Below, piece by piece: positions 62,952-64,000 of a DNA stretch of 64,000 bases. Position 1 is the first letter of the stretch. Each line of letters opens with the position of its first letter. Below the pieces are notes generated by a model that was not told the DNA's origin, made no database searches, and saw only the letters and a program-made list of their open reading frames with translations. The position numbers were made by a program, and so were the translations under genes. The stretch comes from the human T2T-CHM13v2.0 reference genome, Homo sapiens: the NCBI RefSeq assembly GCF_009914755.1, contig NC_060930.1. One strand, given 5' to 3'.

Positions 62952-64000
62952 CAGGCATACCTCTTTATTGTGCTTTGATTTATTGCACTTTACAGATATT
63001 GTGCTTTTTACAAATTGAAAATTTGTAGCAGGCCTGCATCAAGCAAATCTATTGGCACCATTTTTCCAACACCATTTTTCCTGTCTCTGTGTCACATTTT
63101 GGTAATTCTCATAGTATTTCAAACATTTTCACTATTATTATATCTGTTATAATGATCTGTGATCAGTGATCATTAATGTTATTATTGTCATTATTTGGGG
63201 GCACATGAACCATGCCCATAAAGATTCCACACTTAGTCAATAAATGTTGTCTGTGTTCTCACTGCTTTACCAACCTGCCCTATCATTCTCATCTCTCTCC
63301 CTGTCCTCTTGGGCCTCTCTATTCCTTGAGACACAGCAATATTGAAATTAAGCCACTTAACCCTACACAAACCTCTAAGTGCTGAAGTGAAAGGAAGAGT
63401 CACACATCTCTCACTTTAAATCAAAAGCTAGAAATGATTACACAGTGAGGAAGGAATGTTGAAAGCTGGGATAGACCAAAAGCTAGGCCTCTTATGCCAA
63501 ACAGTTACCCAAGCTGTGAATGCAAAGGAAAAGTTCTTGTAGGAAATTGAAAGAGCTACTCCAGTGAACACACAAATGATAAGAAAGCAGAACAGCCTTA
63601 TTGCTGATGTGGAGAAAGTTCTAGTGGTCTGGATAGCAGATCAAACCAGCCACAATATTTTCTTAAGCCAAAACCTAATCTAGAACAAGGCCCTAACTTT
63701 TGTGTATTCTGTGAAGGCTGGAAGAGGTGAGGAAGCTACACAAAAAAAGTTTGAGGCTAGTAGAGGTTGGTTCATGAAATTTAAGGAAAGAAGCTATCTT
63801 CAAAACATAAAAGTGCAAGGTGAAACAGCAAGTGCTGATGAAGACACTGTAGCAAGTTATCCAGAAGATCTAGCTAACATCATTGATGAAGGTGGCTACA
63901 CTGAACAACAGTTTTTTAATGTAGGTGAAACAACCTTCTATTGGAAGAAGGTGTCATCTAGGACTTTAAAAGCTACAGAGGCGAACTCAATGCCTGGCTT
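62952..64000 (+). mobile_element. Tigger1 DNA transposon 5' part with dead transposase (runs off the window)
   Basis: TA|caggcatacctc TIR; transposase N-terminus remnant SERKSHTSLTLNQKLEMI from ~63385, with a frameshift and TAG stops. Confidence 0.92.

Noticed and set aside
63370-64000. Domesticated TIGD-like transposase gene
   Set aside because: No start ATG, a frameshift and in-frame TAG stops; it is a plain Tigger1 fossil

Overview
This is primate (human or great-ape-like) genomic DNA, AT-rich and dominated by transposable elements. I find no credible cellular protein-coding gene, RNA gene or CRISPR array; every recognisable ORF in the track is a decayed retroelement fragment (L1 ORF1/ORF2, ERV-L gag/pol, Alu). 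Main contents: an ancient ERV-L provirus with LTR16-type LTRs (~4.3-9.8 kb); a truncated HERV-L gag-pol remnant (26.9-29.6 kb, minus); a full-length L1MB-type LINE with a 17-bp TSD that carries a THE1 LTR and an L1PA with its own 17-bp TSD (30.2-40.2 kb); a second, internally deleted L1MB carrying MLT2, a twin-primed L1PA2/3, an AluJ and MLT1 (46.6-52.7 kb); and several Alus, MIR/L2 relics, MER50, MLT1/MLT2 solo LTRs, Tigger3a and Tigger1. The most notable observations are a ~245-bp foldback palindrome at 59653-59898, two independent 5'-inverted L1s that share almost the same inversion breakpoint, deletion junctions, and candidate non-coding exons on the minus strand. I see no evidence for a new multi-gene system. 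Subfamily names come from recalled consensus sequences and need RepeatMasker/Dfam confirmation.
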